From Octopus sinensis (Eukaryota), in assembly GCF_006345805.1 (NCBI RefSeq), contig NC_043026.1, positions 6,262,001-6,326,000 on the forward strand: 64,000 nt of DNA, written 5' to 3'. Below the pieces are notes generated by a model, which had not been told where the DNA came from, did not search any database, and worked only from the letters and a program-made list of their open reading frames with translations. The position numbers and the translations under genes are program-made. This document shows, one piece after another, positions 29,001 to 44,300 of this stretch (positions are counted from its first letter, which is position 1; every line of letters begins with the position of its first letter).

Positions 29001-29514
29001 GCATTGGAATCTCAAAGCTAAGAGATTAATTAAATGAACAATTAATTAATTCAAAACAACAAGAATAAATATGCATTACATTTGACAACGTAATCTGGAA
29101 GCTAAGGGCCTAAACGCCCTTTTTCCATGATGGCATGAGTTAGAGAATTTGAAAGGGTCTGATGCATCTAAAGACAGCAACCTGCTCCAATGTCTTCTTT
29201 GGCTGGGTTTCTACAATTAGATGTCCTTTCTAATGCCAACCACTTCACAAAGGGTAACAGGGGCTTCTCGCATGACACCAGCTTGCAAGGCTAAGGGCCT
29301 AATGTGGTCCCTGTACCTGAGGGGGAACGAGTGAGCAAGAGAGAGAGTGTGATGGTCCCAGGGGGAGAGATGAGGAAATGGTAAGAAGGGAGGACGAGGC
29401 AAGTATAACAGGAAACAGGAGAGAGGGAAAGGGTTGGTGACAGGGTTGAGAAGAACAGAGACGGAAACAGGACCGAATGGGTCTACATTTGTCCAACATC
29501 AGAAGGGGCAAATG

Positions 29515-29555
<41 letters not shown>

Positions 29556-30758
29556 CATTTGTCCTCCACCACTACAATAGATTAGATTTCAGACTTTACA
29601 AAAACCCTTGACTAAACCCTACAAGCTGGTGCCCCAGCATGGCCACAGACCAATCACTGAAACTATATATCATCATCATCATCATGAACGCAAAGACAAA
29701 CTGGGTGCAGGACAACTCGGACACAGCAAGCAAGAGAGAAGGCTTGGCTTGTACGGAGATGTGGTGTGTAATGGAGAACAGGAACTGGCGAGGATAAAAC
29801 TGACCCCACCTGTACTGGGGCCACGTAAAAAGCACCGAGCCCACTCTACGGGGTGGTCGGCATTAGGAAGGGCGTCCAGTCATAAAACCCACTGCAAAAC
29901 AGAGACAGAGGCCTGCTGCAGTCTTCTGCCTGGTCGACCCCTGTCAAACCGTCCAATCCAGGCCAATGTGGAAGGCAGGTGTTAAACGATGAGGGGACGA
30001 GGAGATGCAAGAAGAATGGACAGGTGAAAGAGGCTGACCAAAGAGGACATAAGGAGAAAGGATGAAGGAAGATCTTGGTGGGGCCCTCGACCCCACAAAC
30101 ATGACAACAAAGAACTACAAAGGAGGACAGCAGAGAGAAGTCACGCTAACCCCTATGAGGGTGTTTAAACTGAAGGGAGGGTCGATTGTCTCTGAGGGGC
30201 AGTAGGGGATGAATGAAAGTGTAGTGGTGGTGGTGGTGAAGGCAGTGGTTATTACAAGGCGGGGGCAATGTAGCAGGGCTAGGATGGGGGTTAATCAGCC
30301 ATTTAAGATCTAACAAGGATGTATATATAAACTTTTTTGAAAGATTTTAACCAAGAAAATAAAATGAAACAAAATAGAAAATAAAATGAAAAAAAAAATA
30401 AAGATAAAATTTAGAAAGAAAAAAAAAACAAGAAAAAAAATAGTAAGAAAACAAAAACAAACAACAACAAGAAAATGTAAAAAAAATACAACACCAACAA
30501 CGAAAATATACATAAAAATATAAACCAAGAAAAGAAAGAAACACAACAAAAAATGAAAACTCTAAGCAAATAAAAAAGGAAAAAAAAAAGAAGAAAAAGA
30601 AACACTGTAACCAAACCATAACAAAGAAAGAAAATAATAATTAATGCGATAAATTAAATTAATTAGAACAACGAGAAAAGCTTGTTGAATGTTTGAAGAA
30701 TAATTTATGTAAATATATTCAGAGAGGGCAGGAAAAAATTTTTGAAAAAGAAAGGCAA

Positions 30759-30801
<43 letters not shown>

Positions 30802-31024
30802 TAATAATAATAAATTAATAATAACAGAATTAAAATAATGTGGAGGTAAAAGGAAGGGCCCCTTCTATATTGTAAGAAATCTCCTCTAAAGAAAAAAAAT
30901 ACCCTTGGGAGGTTAGTAATTAAGGTAGTTGTGATTTTAAATGTAATTAGGTAGTTGCTGAGATTCGTTAAGCGCTGATATCAATGGCAATGTGTACGTG
31001 TGTGAATGAATATATATGAATATG

Positions 31025-31092
<68 letters not shown>

Positions 31093-31122
31093 TATACACA
31101 TACATACATATATATATATGTA

Positions 31123-31155
<33 letters not shown>

Positions 31156-33868
31156 GATATATATATATATGTATGTATACATATCTCCCAATCAACCCGA
31201 CTCATTCTTTTAATAATTCTGATGAAGGACTGACATCCGAAAAGTTAAGACCCATTACTTCGCTTTTTCAGTGCTACACTAAAACTACATTTCCTAAAAT
31301 TTGTTCTCATGTTGTCTTCTTTTTGTGCTCGTGGGTTTATATATGTGTTTGTGCATGAATGTGTGTGTGTGTGTGTGTGTATGAAGGCACATGGCTCAGT
31401 GGTTAGTGCATCAGACTCACAGTCATGAGGTAATGAGTTCGATTCCCAGCTGTGTGTTGTGTTTTTGGGCAAGACACTTTACTTCACGTTGCTCCAGTTC
31501 ACTCTGTTGCAACGTCACTGGCGCCAGGCTGTATTGGCCCCTTTGCCCCTCCCTTGGGTAACATCGGTGGCATGAAAAGGGGAGGCTGGTATGCATGGGC
31601 AACTGCTGGTCTTCCATAAACAACCTTGCCCAGATTTGTGCCTCAGAGGGGAACTTTCTAGTTGCAATCCCACAATATTTTATGACTGAAGGGGGTCTTT
31701 CCCCTTTTACCCTAGGGTGTGACCTAAGGGAAATTTGACTGCTATTTGTAGCAGGTCTAGCTACAAATATATAGGTCTTCCATATTGCTTCATGCATACA
31801 CAAGACAATAGGATGTGATCTGAGGGAAATTTAGCTGCTTTTCTTACCAGCTCTAGCTGCTATGTAGAGGCCTCCTTCACTGACTCATATATCCATGCAT
31901 AAAACAGTAGGATGTGGTATGAGGGACTTTTCACCACTAATCCTACCAGGTAGAGGTCTCCCACATTGGTTCATACATACATAAGACAGTACAGTGTGAT
32001 TTGAGGGCAATTTGGCTGCTATTTCTACTAAGTCTACCATGTAGAGATCTCTTTCATCAACTTATACATATACAGGCGCAAGAGTGGCTGTGTGGTAAGT
32101 AGCTTGTTTACCGACCACATGGTTCCGGGTTCAGTCCCACTGCGTGGCACCTTGGGCAAGTGTCTTCTACTATAGCCTCGGGCCGACCAAAGCCTTGTGA
32201 GTGGATTTGGTAGACGGAAACTGAAAGAAGCCTATCGTATATATGTATATATATGCGTGTGTGTTTGTCGCCCTAGCATTGCTTGACAACCGATGCTGGT
32301 GTGTTTATGTCTCCGTTACTTAGCGGTTCGGCAAAAGAGACCGATAGAATAAGCACTGGGCTTACAAAAGAATAAGTCCCGGGGTTGAGTTGCTCGATTA
32401 AAGGCGGTGCTCCAGCATGGCCGCAGTCAAATGACTGAAATAAGTAAAAAGTATATTATAGATAAGACAGTAGAGTATTTTTTTGAGGGATGTTTAGCTG
32501 ATGCTTCTAACATGTCTAACTATGTAGAGGCCTCCTTCAATGGCGCATCCATGATATACGTACACAAAGTAGTATGGTATGGTCTGAGGGATATTTGGCT
32601 GTTATTTCTACCAAGCCTAGCTAGCAAGTGCATGCATAAGAGATTGAGGTGCGATTCAAGTGAGACTGGGTCGATTTTTCTGTCAAGTCTAGCTATGAGG
32701 TGATTCGAGGGAGATTTGGCGGCTATTTCTAACCAACCCATTAGGCTTGTTTCATGCAGAAAGTGAAGTGTTGGAGGTAAGTGTTTGCTAATTAATGCTA
32801 ATTAATGTTTAGGAAACTCGTAAACTTCTTCACGAAAGGCAACACAACACATCTGTCTCGTGACAGAATGCGATAGACCTATGGCATGATGGGGGGGGGA
32901 TATGAGGGTGGGTGGGGGTTGGGGAGAGAACATGTATGCTTAAATGACCCCCAAGTTTCACAGGGACGAGGGGCACATGTTTAAAAGACCTGTGTGTGTG
33001 TGTGTATGGTGGTGGGGTGGGAGAGAGGCAGTAGTAAAAAAACTGAGAAATATACAGAGAGAAATATATATATATATATATAAAGAGATAGATAGATAAA
33101 TAGAGATAGAGAGACAGAAAGAGAGAGAGAACAAATAATGACAACAATAATAAGTATTCGTTAATGGTATGACTTAATGAAAAGACACTAATTGGAATAT
33201 ACGGCGGAAAGAGAGGCAGTGAAGAGCAGTTTAAGAAAACCTCACCCAATATCATCGTGCTCTGAGGGTATGTTGGTGGGCCACATCTCCTGTAAACTGA
33301 TCAATGAACGGCTAATGTTAGGCCAACGAGGTAGGTAGACGGCAAATTCAAGAGGACAGGCCACATGCAAACATCATCATCATCATCATCAACGTCAACA
33401 ACAAGGACAACAACAACAACAACAACAGCAGCAAGAAGAACAAGGTTTTTTTTAAACAACGGAAACACAGAATAGTCGTCATTATTTTTAAATGGAGACA
33501 GGTACAAACTATGTGTACAGGTGTGTGAGCATGTGCATATATGTCTATAAATGTGGATGTATATATGTGTGTGTATGTATATATATATATATATATGCTA
33601 AGTAGGAAGGAAGGAAGGGTAAGATCCCAGCTGGTTCCTCGTGTAGCATGTAAAACTCTGCAGTTCTTATTAGCAAATGGAACATGTGTAATGGTGACTA
33701 TAATATGAAAACATTTTCAACTTCTTGTATTATTTATGTATGGATGTATGGATGCATGTATGTATATGTTTTATCTTATATTTAATCTTTCTATAATATG
33801 TAATTTTTCTAAATGGTATAATTTATTTTTTTCATTATTGAATTGATAAAAGGTGTTTTTTTTTTCTA

Positions 33869-33908
<40 letters not shown>

Positions 33909-33987
33909 TATATTTTGTGAAATTGGATTTAGTATTTCTAAATTGAATTTTTCCCTGTAAGTTTGGAATAATATTCCCTCAAATTAC

Positions 33988-34034
<47 letters not shown>

Positions 34035-34230
34035 CTACAATAATGTAATTAATGGTGGTTTTTATGAGCATTGAAATGTGTGTTGCGAGATACAAACAGG
34101 ATGATAATTTTATTTTCAAACACATAAATGCTGATAAAACAGCAGAAATTGGATAAGGTATCCATAAAAAGCAGATATCATCTTGTTCTATCTCGCAATA
34201 TATATGTGTGTATGTGTATGATGTGTGTGT

Positions 34231-34292
<62 letters not shown>

Positions 34293-37200
34293 TACATTTT
34301 TGTCAGTATATGTCTGCACATATTTATATACATGCGTGTCTGTATATTTTTACACATACATAAGCGTGTGTATGCATGTCTAAATAGAAATCATCATAAT
34401 CGTCACCATTCAATATCTGTCTTCCATGTTGGCATGTGCCAGAATCTAACACTCCAGAGGACAGCATCAGGCTCCAGTGTCTGCTTTCTCATGGTTTCTA
34501 CAGCTGGATGCCCTTCCTAACACCAACCACTTTACAGAGTGGACTGGGTGCAGTTTCCTTTTTTGCCCACCACACCTGATTCCTTTTATAGTCTAGTTTT
34601 TCTCTCAAAACATTCCTAATGTCATTTGTGCACACATACATTGCACATCCAATGAACCACGCTCACTTCATTTCTTTCCAGTCATCTCATGTCCTTTGCA
34701 TTCAAGGCCCATGTCTCACTACCATGTAGCATCACAGTGCTAATGTAAGCATCACTCAAACTGCCCCTTCACTCCGAGGGAAAAAAAACTTTTGCTACCA
34801 GCTGTGGTAGTAGGTCCATAATTATCCAGCTTTTGGTCATAATGCTGTCCTCTCCATACACATTTTACATTGATCACTCAACCACTTCTTCCATATTTGG
34901 AACCCCTTCGCTCTCAGCACAAAGCCAATTCCCTCTCTACACCCACTCCCACCTGAATTCAATCTAAGAGGATCTTAGTCTTCAAAGGGCATGTATGTCA
35001 GTGGCGTACTCAGCCACTTGCATGTTAATTTCATGAGTAGGCTGTTCCATTGATTTGATCAACTGGAACGCTCATCGTCACGACTGACGGAGCAGTGCCA
35101 GTTCTGTCCTATCTCCCAATCGTTGTCCTCTACCGCCCCAACAAGGATCTTGGTCTTCTAAGCTATTAGTGCTGGTGTAATGAAAAAAGAGAGCATCCAG
35201 CAAACATGTGAAGTGGTTGGTATTAGGAAGGGTAACCAGGCTGGAGCAGACACTGGAGCAGAGTACAACTGTTGGATCCTGCTCAATTGCCCTACCAATA
35301 CCAGCATGGAACATAGTGAATAATGAACACGTTAAAAGCACCATCCAAACGTGGCAGATGCCAGCGCCGCCTGACTGGCATCTGTGTAGGTGACTCGTAA
35401 AAGCACCAACAGATCGTGGCCATTGCCAGCCTCCCCTGGCACCTGTGCCGGCGGCACATAAAAAGCACCCACTACACCCACGGAGTGGTTGGCGTTAGGA
35501 AGGGCATCCAGCTGTAGAAACTCTGCCAGATCAGACTGGAGCCTGGTGCAGCCTTCTGGCTCCCCAGACCCCAGTCGAACCATCGAACCCATGCCAGCAC
35601 AGAAAATGGATGTTAAACGATGATGATGATTATGATTACATATATATTTGTGTGTATACACACACACATACAAATATATAGACATTTATACATGTACTAA
35701 TTAAATGTTAGTGTGTGTCTGTATGTATATGTGTGTGTATACAAATATACGTACTTATTAAACATGTATGTGTGCTTGCATGTATGTGTGTGTGGGTGTA
35801 TATAGCATAGCAAAGATAATTGAATAAATGAATGAGTAGAGACATGGTACCTGGGTATGGGGTTGGGAGACGGGTGGTATACATAGCATAAGGGTATGGT
35901 GGAGAAAACAGGGTTAGGCTGGGCACACACACACACACACACAAAGGGTGGCTGGGAAAAGAGACAAAACGAAATAAAGGCAGTGGAAAATGATCAGGGT
36001 ATATAATGTTGGCTGATGTTTATCCCTATGATGAAGGCCATTCCAGCAGTGACCACCCCATCAGATTCGTAATGTCCAGGGCTATGCATCATCCCAATGC
36101 TTCCTTCCCAGTTTACTATATTGTGTTGTAGTTTGAGGGAGATTAAGCTATGCTTTCTAGTAGGTCAAGCTCGTGCATAGAGGCTTCATTGCTGGCTAGT
36201 TGGGATACAATACATGGGGTGTGTATTGGTCAAGGAAAGAAAGGAAATAGGGGACATGGGTGAGATGAGGGCAGTTTATGAGTGGGGGGGAGGACAGGCC
36301 AAAGCTGTTAATGTCTGGGTGGGGGACAGGATAGGACAATGATTGGGAGATAGGACAGAACTGGCACTACTCCGTCGGTCATGACGATGAGGGTTCCAGT
36401 TGAACCAATCAATGGAACAGCCTGCTTGTGAAATTTAAGTGCAAGTGGCTGAGTACTCCACAGACATGTGTACCCTTAACATAGTTCTCAAAGCATTCCA
36501 TTGGTTATGATGATGAAGATTCCAGTTGATCCGATCAATGGAAAAGCCTGCTCGTGAAATTAATGTGCAAGTGGCTGAGTACTCCACAGACGCACATACC
36601 TTTAACGTAGTTCTTAGGGAGATTCAGTGTGACACAGAAAGTGACAAGGCTGGCCCCTTGTGAATTACAGGTACAACTCGTTTTTGGCAGATGGGTGGAC
36701 TGGAGTAATGGAAAATAAAGTGTCTTGCTCAAGAACACAAGGTGCTGCCAGGAATCGAACCCTCAACCTTATGATTGTGAGCCAAATATCCCTAACTTCC
36801 ACGCTACACAACTTCGCAATAGAACAGAACAATGAATGATTAGAAGACAGGGCAGGACAATTAATGAGTGTGAAATAGGACAAAACAATTAAAGGGAAAT
36901 AAGGGACAGTTAATGAGGGGGGGGGGCAGGAGAAGGCAACTAATGACTGGGGGCTGGGGGGTGGGGATAAGATAGGACAATTAATAATTAATGAGACAGG
37001 ACAATGATTGGGAGACAGGACAGAATTAATGATGAGAAGAGAGGGCAGGACAATTAGTGCAAAATAGGACAAAATAATTAAAAGGAAATAAGGGACAATT
37101 AATGAGTGGGAGACAGGAGAAGGCAGCTAATGGGTGGGGGTGGGGGGGATAAGATAGGACAATTAATAATTAAGAGACAGGACAATGATTGGGAGACAGG

Positions 37201-40200
37201 ACAGAATTAATGATGAGAAGAGAGGGCAGGACAATTAGTGCAAAATAGGACAAAATAATTAATGATTGAAAAAAACAGGACAGGAAAGGGGACAATGATT
37301 CAGGGGACAACAATTAACCCTTTAGCATTTAAACTGGCCATATCCGGCCCAGATATTTAACCTGTTCTGTGTTCAAGCTGGCCGGATCTGGCTTTGCACA
37401 CTTATCCTACAATGTCATTCTAGGAATAAGCAATCACATCCTCAAAATTTTAATGCTACGATGTCTTTGCATGATTAATTCAAAACAATGTGAAGGCGCA
37501 GGAGTGGCTGTGTGGTAAGTAGCTTGCTTATGAACTACATGGTTCCGGGTTCAGTCCCACTGCGTGGCATCTTGGGCAAATGTCTTCTACTATAGCCTCG
37601 GGCCGACCAAAGCCTTGTGAGTGGATTTGGTAGATGGAAACTGAAAGAAGCCTGTCGTATGTATATATATATATATATGGATTTGATTTGAAAACCCCAC
37701 TGGAATGGGAGAAAGCGCTAATAATCCGAATGATATGATAGATATATATTATGTAAAAAAATGTAATATATAATAAATCTATAAATTTGAACCATCCGAT
37801 CTGATTACCTCATTTTTTTCAATATATATATATCTATAATATATATATATATATAGATATTATATATATGTGTGTGTGTGTGTGTGTTGTCCCCTAGCAT
37901 TGCTTGACAACCGATGCTGGTGTGTTTACGTCCCCGTCACTTAGCGGTTCGGCAAAAAGAGACCGATAGAATAAGTACTGGGCTTACAAAGAATAAGTCC
38001 CGGGGTCGATTTGCTCGACTAAAGGCGGTGCTCCAGCATGGCCGCAGTCAAATGACTGAAACAAGTAAAAGAATAAAAATAAAGTAAAGTAAGTAAATAA
38101 GCATTACATTTGAGAGAGGAATCTGAATGCTAAGGGGTTAATGGTTGGTGGATAGGACAGGAGAGAAATTGAGTGGGATGGAAATGCAGAACAATTGACA
38201 ATGGGGGAGACGAGACAGTATAATTAACAAAAGGGAGACAGGACATTTAACGAGTAACAATCAGGAGACAGAACGAGACAATTAACAATCAGGAGACGGC
38301 AAGATAATTGGGGATGTGGAGACAGGGCAGTTCTTGATTGGATGCAGGACGGGGGGAGACAATTTATACGGAAGATGTAGAATCTAGGTCTGACATTTTC
38401 ACAGAATTCTCTGGGCTCTGATGCTTTCATCAAAGAAATTGGCATCGTGTGCTTTGCCCATGTATGCCTTCGTTAAAAAAAGAGGATTGATTTACTGGTG
38501 AAAGCTATTCAGTACGTTACAGACTTTTCTGTTTATATGTAAACTAGCAGTATCGCCCGGCGTTGCTCGGATTTGTAAGGGAAATAACTATATAAGCATT
38601 TTTAGAGATGTAAAGTATAATAGCCATCTCAATATGGCTAACCACAAAGGGGGAGTGTTACTGTAGCTTTTTATGTTCTGAGATTTAATAATACAATTTT
38701 TTGGAGAGTTACTTCCCTTATATAAACCGAGCGAAAATGCATTAAAAATGCGGAAAAATTATGGTAAATTTTTTTTTAAATCGTAGACTCATCGTAGACG
38801 CGCGCTAATACCCAGAAGGGCTAGATATGAATCACGACTATAAGATAACCGCTCTTGGTTAAACTGCACCGCAAAATGTGGGAGTAGTTAGGAATCTAAA
38901 TCGTAGGAGACACAGACACACAACTTGACTTTTATATATAAAGATATATGTAAATTTATATCGTGGACTCCTCAGTATATCGCGGGTTACTGTGGCCGAT
39001 AGGTATTTATATTTTTTTAGATTTTAATTATTTCTGTGGGAGGTTTTGGAACATAACACTCGCAATAGTCAAGGAATTGCTGTATGTTTATATTAACTCC
39101 ATAAAGGATGTGCTCCAACGATACACGATACCAATGGTGCCAGACTCTTCAATAGCACCATCCCACCAGCGCTCTTATAATTGAAAGCACATTGTGATCA
39201 GTGGTGTATAACAACATCTATTGTTCTGGTCGATATTACACAGTGAAAACCTTGCTTTACATATGCTTCCCATCACAAACTAATTTAAACAAGTTTTTGA
39301 AAATAAAATGTCTCAGGTTTTGCAATGGTGTCACGAGTAACCAACCCACAATCCAGCAGCAACTGTTGGCAACAAGCGGAGACTATCAGCAAGAAAGTAT
39401 CAGTTGCCATTTAGCTTTCACTCAGCACACAACCCTGCTTGAATCCATCCACCAGGCTTTGCTTGAATTTCTTCAGTGAGGCCCAGCATCCAAAGACCTT
39501 TTCTCACCACTTTGTCCCACACCTTCCTGGTTCTACCCCTTCCACAGGTATCCTCCACAATCAGAGTTCAGCACTTCGTTACACACCTGTCCTCATCCAT
39601 ACGCATCACATGACCAAACCATCGCAGTCTTCTCTCTTGCACACATCTGATGTCTCTTATACCCAGTTTTTCTCTCAAACCATTTACACTCTGTCATGCA
39701 TGCACACTGAAATTACGCACAAGGCTTTGGTCGGCCCGAGGCTATAGTAGAAGACACTTGCCCAAGGTGCTACGCAGTGGGGCTGAACCCAGAACCATGT
39801 GGTTGGTAAGCAAGCTACTTACCACACAGCCAGTGTGTGCTGGGTGGTTTTACATGGCACCACACAGGCACCTTTATGTGACATTGCCATAAGTGCTTTT
39901 TATGTGGCACTGCACTACCTGTGTTGGGTGAGTGCATACACACACAGAGGTGTGTGTGGGTAAGAAGCTTGTTTTCCTGCAAACACCAAGGCTTCAGGTT
40001 CACGTCTCACTGTGAAAATTTAGACAAGTGTTTTCTACTATAACCCAAGACCAGGTAAACCAATACTTCGTAAGTGATTTTGGTAGAAGGAAACTGTGAA
40101 ATCCCACCATTTATATGCGTGTGTGTGTGTGTGTGTGAATGTGCAGTTGAGCCACCATCACTGTAACTCAGAAGCTTGGTGAAACAGACTGACATAAGCA

Positions 40201-40982
40201 TAACACTTTAAAAAGGGTTCAAAAGAAAGGAAAAGAAGTGCAAGGTGGTGCCCCAGCATGGCAGCAGTCCAATGGCAAACAAGTAAAAGACAGAAGATAA
40301 TAGCTATGATATATAGACACCTGAAATTTAATAAAATAGAAATTTCAATGCAGCACTTCAGTGAAGAGACTGGAAGAACATGTTCAGTGAATATATATAT
40401 ATATGTAAATATAATTAAAATAATATTTTGCCAGTTACAGTTTCCTTGCCTGTCCATATGTGTGTGTGCATGATATATATGTATGTATATACACACAATG
40501 TAGTATTCCTTCTACTAACACAGAATGAAAACTTCTTATGAAAGCATGAAATAGTAACATTATCACTAAGTTGTTATGATTAGCACAAGCGAAACAGGTT
40601 GACTCTGTAAATATTTTATTTCATAAAAAATATATAAATTTTGTCCAACAAAATTTCTGTGCATTTTCTTTTTATATTTTTCACTACGATTCACGAGGGA
40701 AAAATTTTTTAAAATTATGAAGCTTTCTATATATATATATGTGTGTGTATGTTTGTTTTTACGTTGAGTTGTAAGAGAAATAATTTTTCATTAAATTGAA
40801 GAATTACTGAAATATTTTGTAAAATACAAATCTATTACACTTTTACAAGAAGAATTGAGAGAGAATTCCAAAGTTTCAGACTGCTACACGATGCCAGATT
40901 GTCAAAGAGTCTGATGGAAGCTAGCAAGCCAAAAGTTCAAAGTCACTGCCACCACTCTTCTTGGGTATGTGTATATATATAT

Positions 40983-41035
<53 letters not shown>

Positions 41036-41292
41036 AATTAGAAAAAAACACCTTTTATCAATTCAATAATGAAAAATTAAATTATACCATTTAGAAAAAT
41101 TACAATAATAATATATAATATGTAATTTTTCTAAATGGTATAATTTAATTTTTCATTATTGAATTGATAAAAGGTGGTTTTTTTATAATTTATGTATATA
41201 TATTATATTTTGTGAAATTTGATTTAGTATTTCTAGATTGAATTTTTCCCTGTAAGTTTGGAATAACATTCCCTCATATTTTATATATATAT

Positions 41293-41324
<32 letters not shown>

Positions 41325-44300
41325 CGTATACACACACACAAGTAAGCACAGAAACATAAACAAGGCATAAAAAATAGTACTTGAATACTGTTTATTAAAG
41401 CCAAAAAACGTTTTCACAAACTGTAACTCAAATTTTCATGAGACCATTTGCCAGACAGTTGCGATAAGAGTGTGTGTGTGTGTGTGTAATCAGGAGAGTT
41501 ATTATAAATTGTTTAGGTGTATCATCTTACACACATTTCATTAATAACAAGGGCAAACCTCTGCCATGGCAACACCAACGCTTTTCTCTTCTCTTAAATT
41601 CTGGCCTTCCTTTAGTAACCCTGTTGTTTTAGATCAATGTATAGAATTATGTATCTATGGAAGTAGACTGTAAAGTGTTTACTCTTTTACTCTTTTACTT
41701 GTTTCAGTCATTTGACTGCGGCCGTGCTGGAGCACCGCCTTTAGCTGAGCAACTCGGCCCCGGGACTTATTCTTTGTAAGCCCAGTACTTATTTTATCAG
41801 TCTCTTTTGCCAAACCACTAAGTGACGGGGACATAAACACACCAGTATCAGTTGTCAAGCAATGCTAGGAGGACAAACACAAACACACAAACATATACAC
41901 ACACATACATATATATATATATATACACATATACGACAGGCTTCTTTCAGTTTCCGTCTACCAAATCCACTCACAAGGCTTTGGTCGGCCCGAGGCTATA
42001 GTAGAAGACATTTGCCCAAGATGCCACGCAGTGGGACTGAACCCGGAACCATGTGGTTGGTAAGCAAGCTACTCACCACACAGCCACTCCTGTTTGTATG
42101 TATGTATGTATAATGTATAAGGGAGATAATCAGAGAAAGATTTGAAAGACTTCATCTAAAGTTAATATAACAAAAAATTAATCCAGAATCTTTGTCCGGT
42201 ATGAACGGTCTGAATCTGTGCAAGACATTTAATCACTCATATGCAAATATCCTTTTTATTTAAATTGCAGATCTAATTTTGTGAAATTTGATTTAGTATT
42301 TCTAGATTGAATTTTTCCCTGTAAGTTTGGAATAATATTCCCTCATATGATAGACCGTTAGCTCCTACATGCAATTTTTTTTCTCTCATTTTTTTCTGTG
42401 TATCTTTCTGTCAAAGAGTATAGGCTCGAAACATAAAAGACTTGTTCTATTTCTATTCCTGAGCGCCATACTAATACAATTGTTTGTTTGTACTGCACCT
42501 GCCCTCGTCTTTCGTTTATTTTCGTAAACCTTCCCGTTATATATATATATATATATATGTCTACATACACACACACAAGTAAGCACAGAAACACAAACAA
42601 GGCATAATAAATAGTATTTGAATACTATTTATTAAAGCCAAAAAAACGTTTTCACTTATCTATCCCACTTCAGTAAGTGTTACTATACAGCTTCTTACAG
42701 AGCAGTCATCTTTACACCATATTCTTCTTTTTCACACTCCTCACCAATATACACTCACTTTCTCCATAAAACTTAATTCCACAGCTATACACCTCCTTCC
42801 TCTCTATCAACTATGCTTCTGTATGTATTTCTCCTTTTCCCTTCATCCATGCACACGTACCTCTTATACATTTTATTAATCTACTTTATCAAGATTTTTT
42901 CCCCTCAAAATATGCTGTCAACTGTTTGCAGCACATTTTAAAATTTACAGACCTTGTTTCCACCAAATATTTAACACCTATTTCAATTAGTAAGTTCAGC
43001 CACGTCAAAAAATTTTTTTAATGTAATGCTCATTGTAAATTGCCATTCTTCTCTCTCTTATCTATTATACTTGTGTGGTTGGCTACTGTTGTAAGGAGGG
43101 TATCTGGAGAACCTGCAGGACTAAAAAAAAAAAAGACGCATCGAAGGGCAGATGAGTTACTTGGGGTCAACGACCATCAAACATCCAGTTGCAGAAGGCA
43201 ACAGTAAACTGCCCCAATATCCCAGCTGTAAAAGAAAAAGCACAAGGAAGTTGTGCTATGGCGTCATCTGACCGGAGAACCTACACAGAACTGGGAAGAT
43301 TTTTGTTGTAGTGTCATCAACGTGTTGCAATAGCAGGCAAAATCATCGTTATTTGATGTCCGTTGTCCATGCTGGCATGGGTCGGACAGTGTGACCAGGG
43401 CTGGCAAGCTGCACCAGACTCCAGTCTGATTTGGCATGGTTTTCTATGGCTGGATGCCCTTCCTGATGGCAACCACTTAACAGAGTGTGCAAGAAGCTTT
43501 TACGTGGTATCGCAAGAGGGCTTCAACATGGCTCCACACGGGAACTTTGTGGTGCTGCACGGGCACTTTTAAGTGGTGCCACACAGGTGCTTTTGTGCAA
43601 CATAGCACAGGTGCTTTTATGTGGCACCGCATGGACGTTTTTACGTGACACCACACAGACGCTTTTATGTGGCTCCGCACGTATGCTTTTACGTGGCACC
43701 GCATGGACGCTTCTACATGACACCGCACGGACGCTTCTACGTGGCACTGCATGGACGCTTCTACGTGGCACCGCACGGATGCTTCTACGTGGCACTGCAC
43801 AGATGCTTCTACGTGGCACCGCACAGACGCTTCTACGTGGCACCGCACGGACATTCTACGTGGCACCGCACGGATGCTTCTACGTGGCACCACACAGACT
43901 CTTTTACGTAGCACTGCAAGGCTGCTTTTACGTGACACCGCACGGATGCTTCTACGTGGCACTGCACAGATGCTTTTACGTGGCTCCGGATGGGTGCTTT
44001 TTTGTGGTACCACATGGACACCATGGAACAGCACGGGTGCCTTTACATGGCACCACCACGAGTGCTTTACACTACCAGAGGGACCACTCTTAACACTTCT
44101 GTTATGGAGTAGGGGTCTTCCCGAGTACAACCAGGCACCATGATGGCAACAATGGTTGTGTGGCATGCAACAACATGGTTTTCGGTTCAATCCTATGGAC
44201 GGACCCACTGGAAAGTCTCTTTTACTTCTAGCCTTGGGTTGACTGAAAGCTTGACAGTGAAATTTAGCAGACGGAAACTGTTCTGAAACCGCTCATGCAT

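Noticed and set aside
43477-44208. Overlapping 200-240 aa ORFs on both strands
   Set aside because: 24-bp minisatellite translation; no splice support
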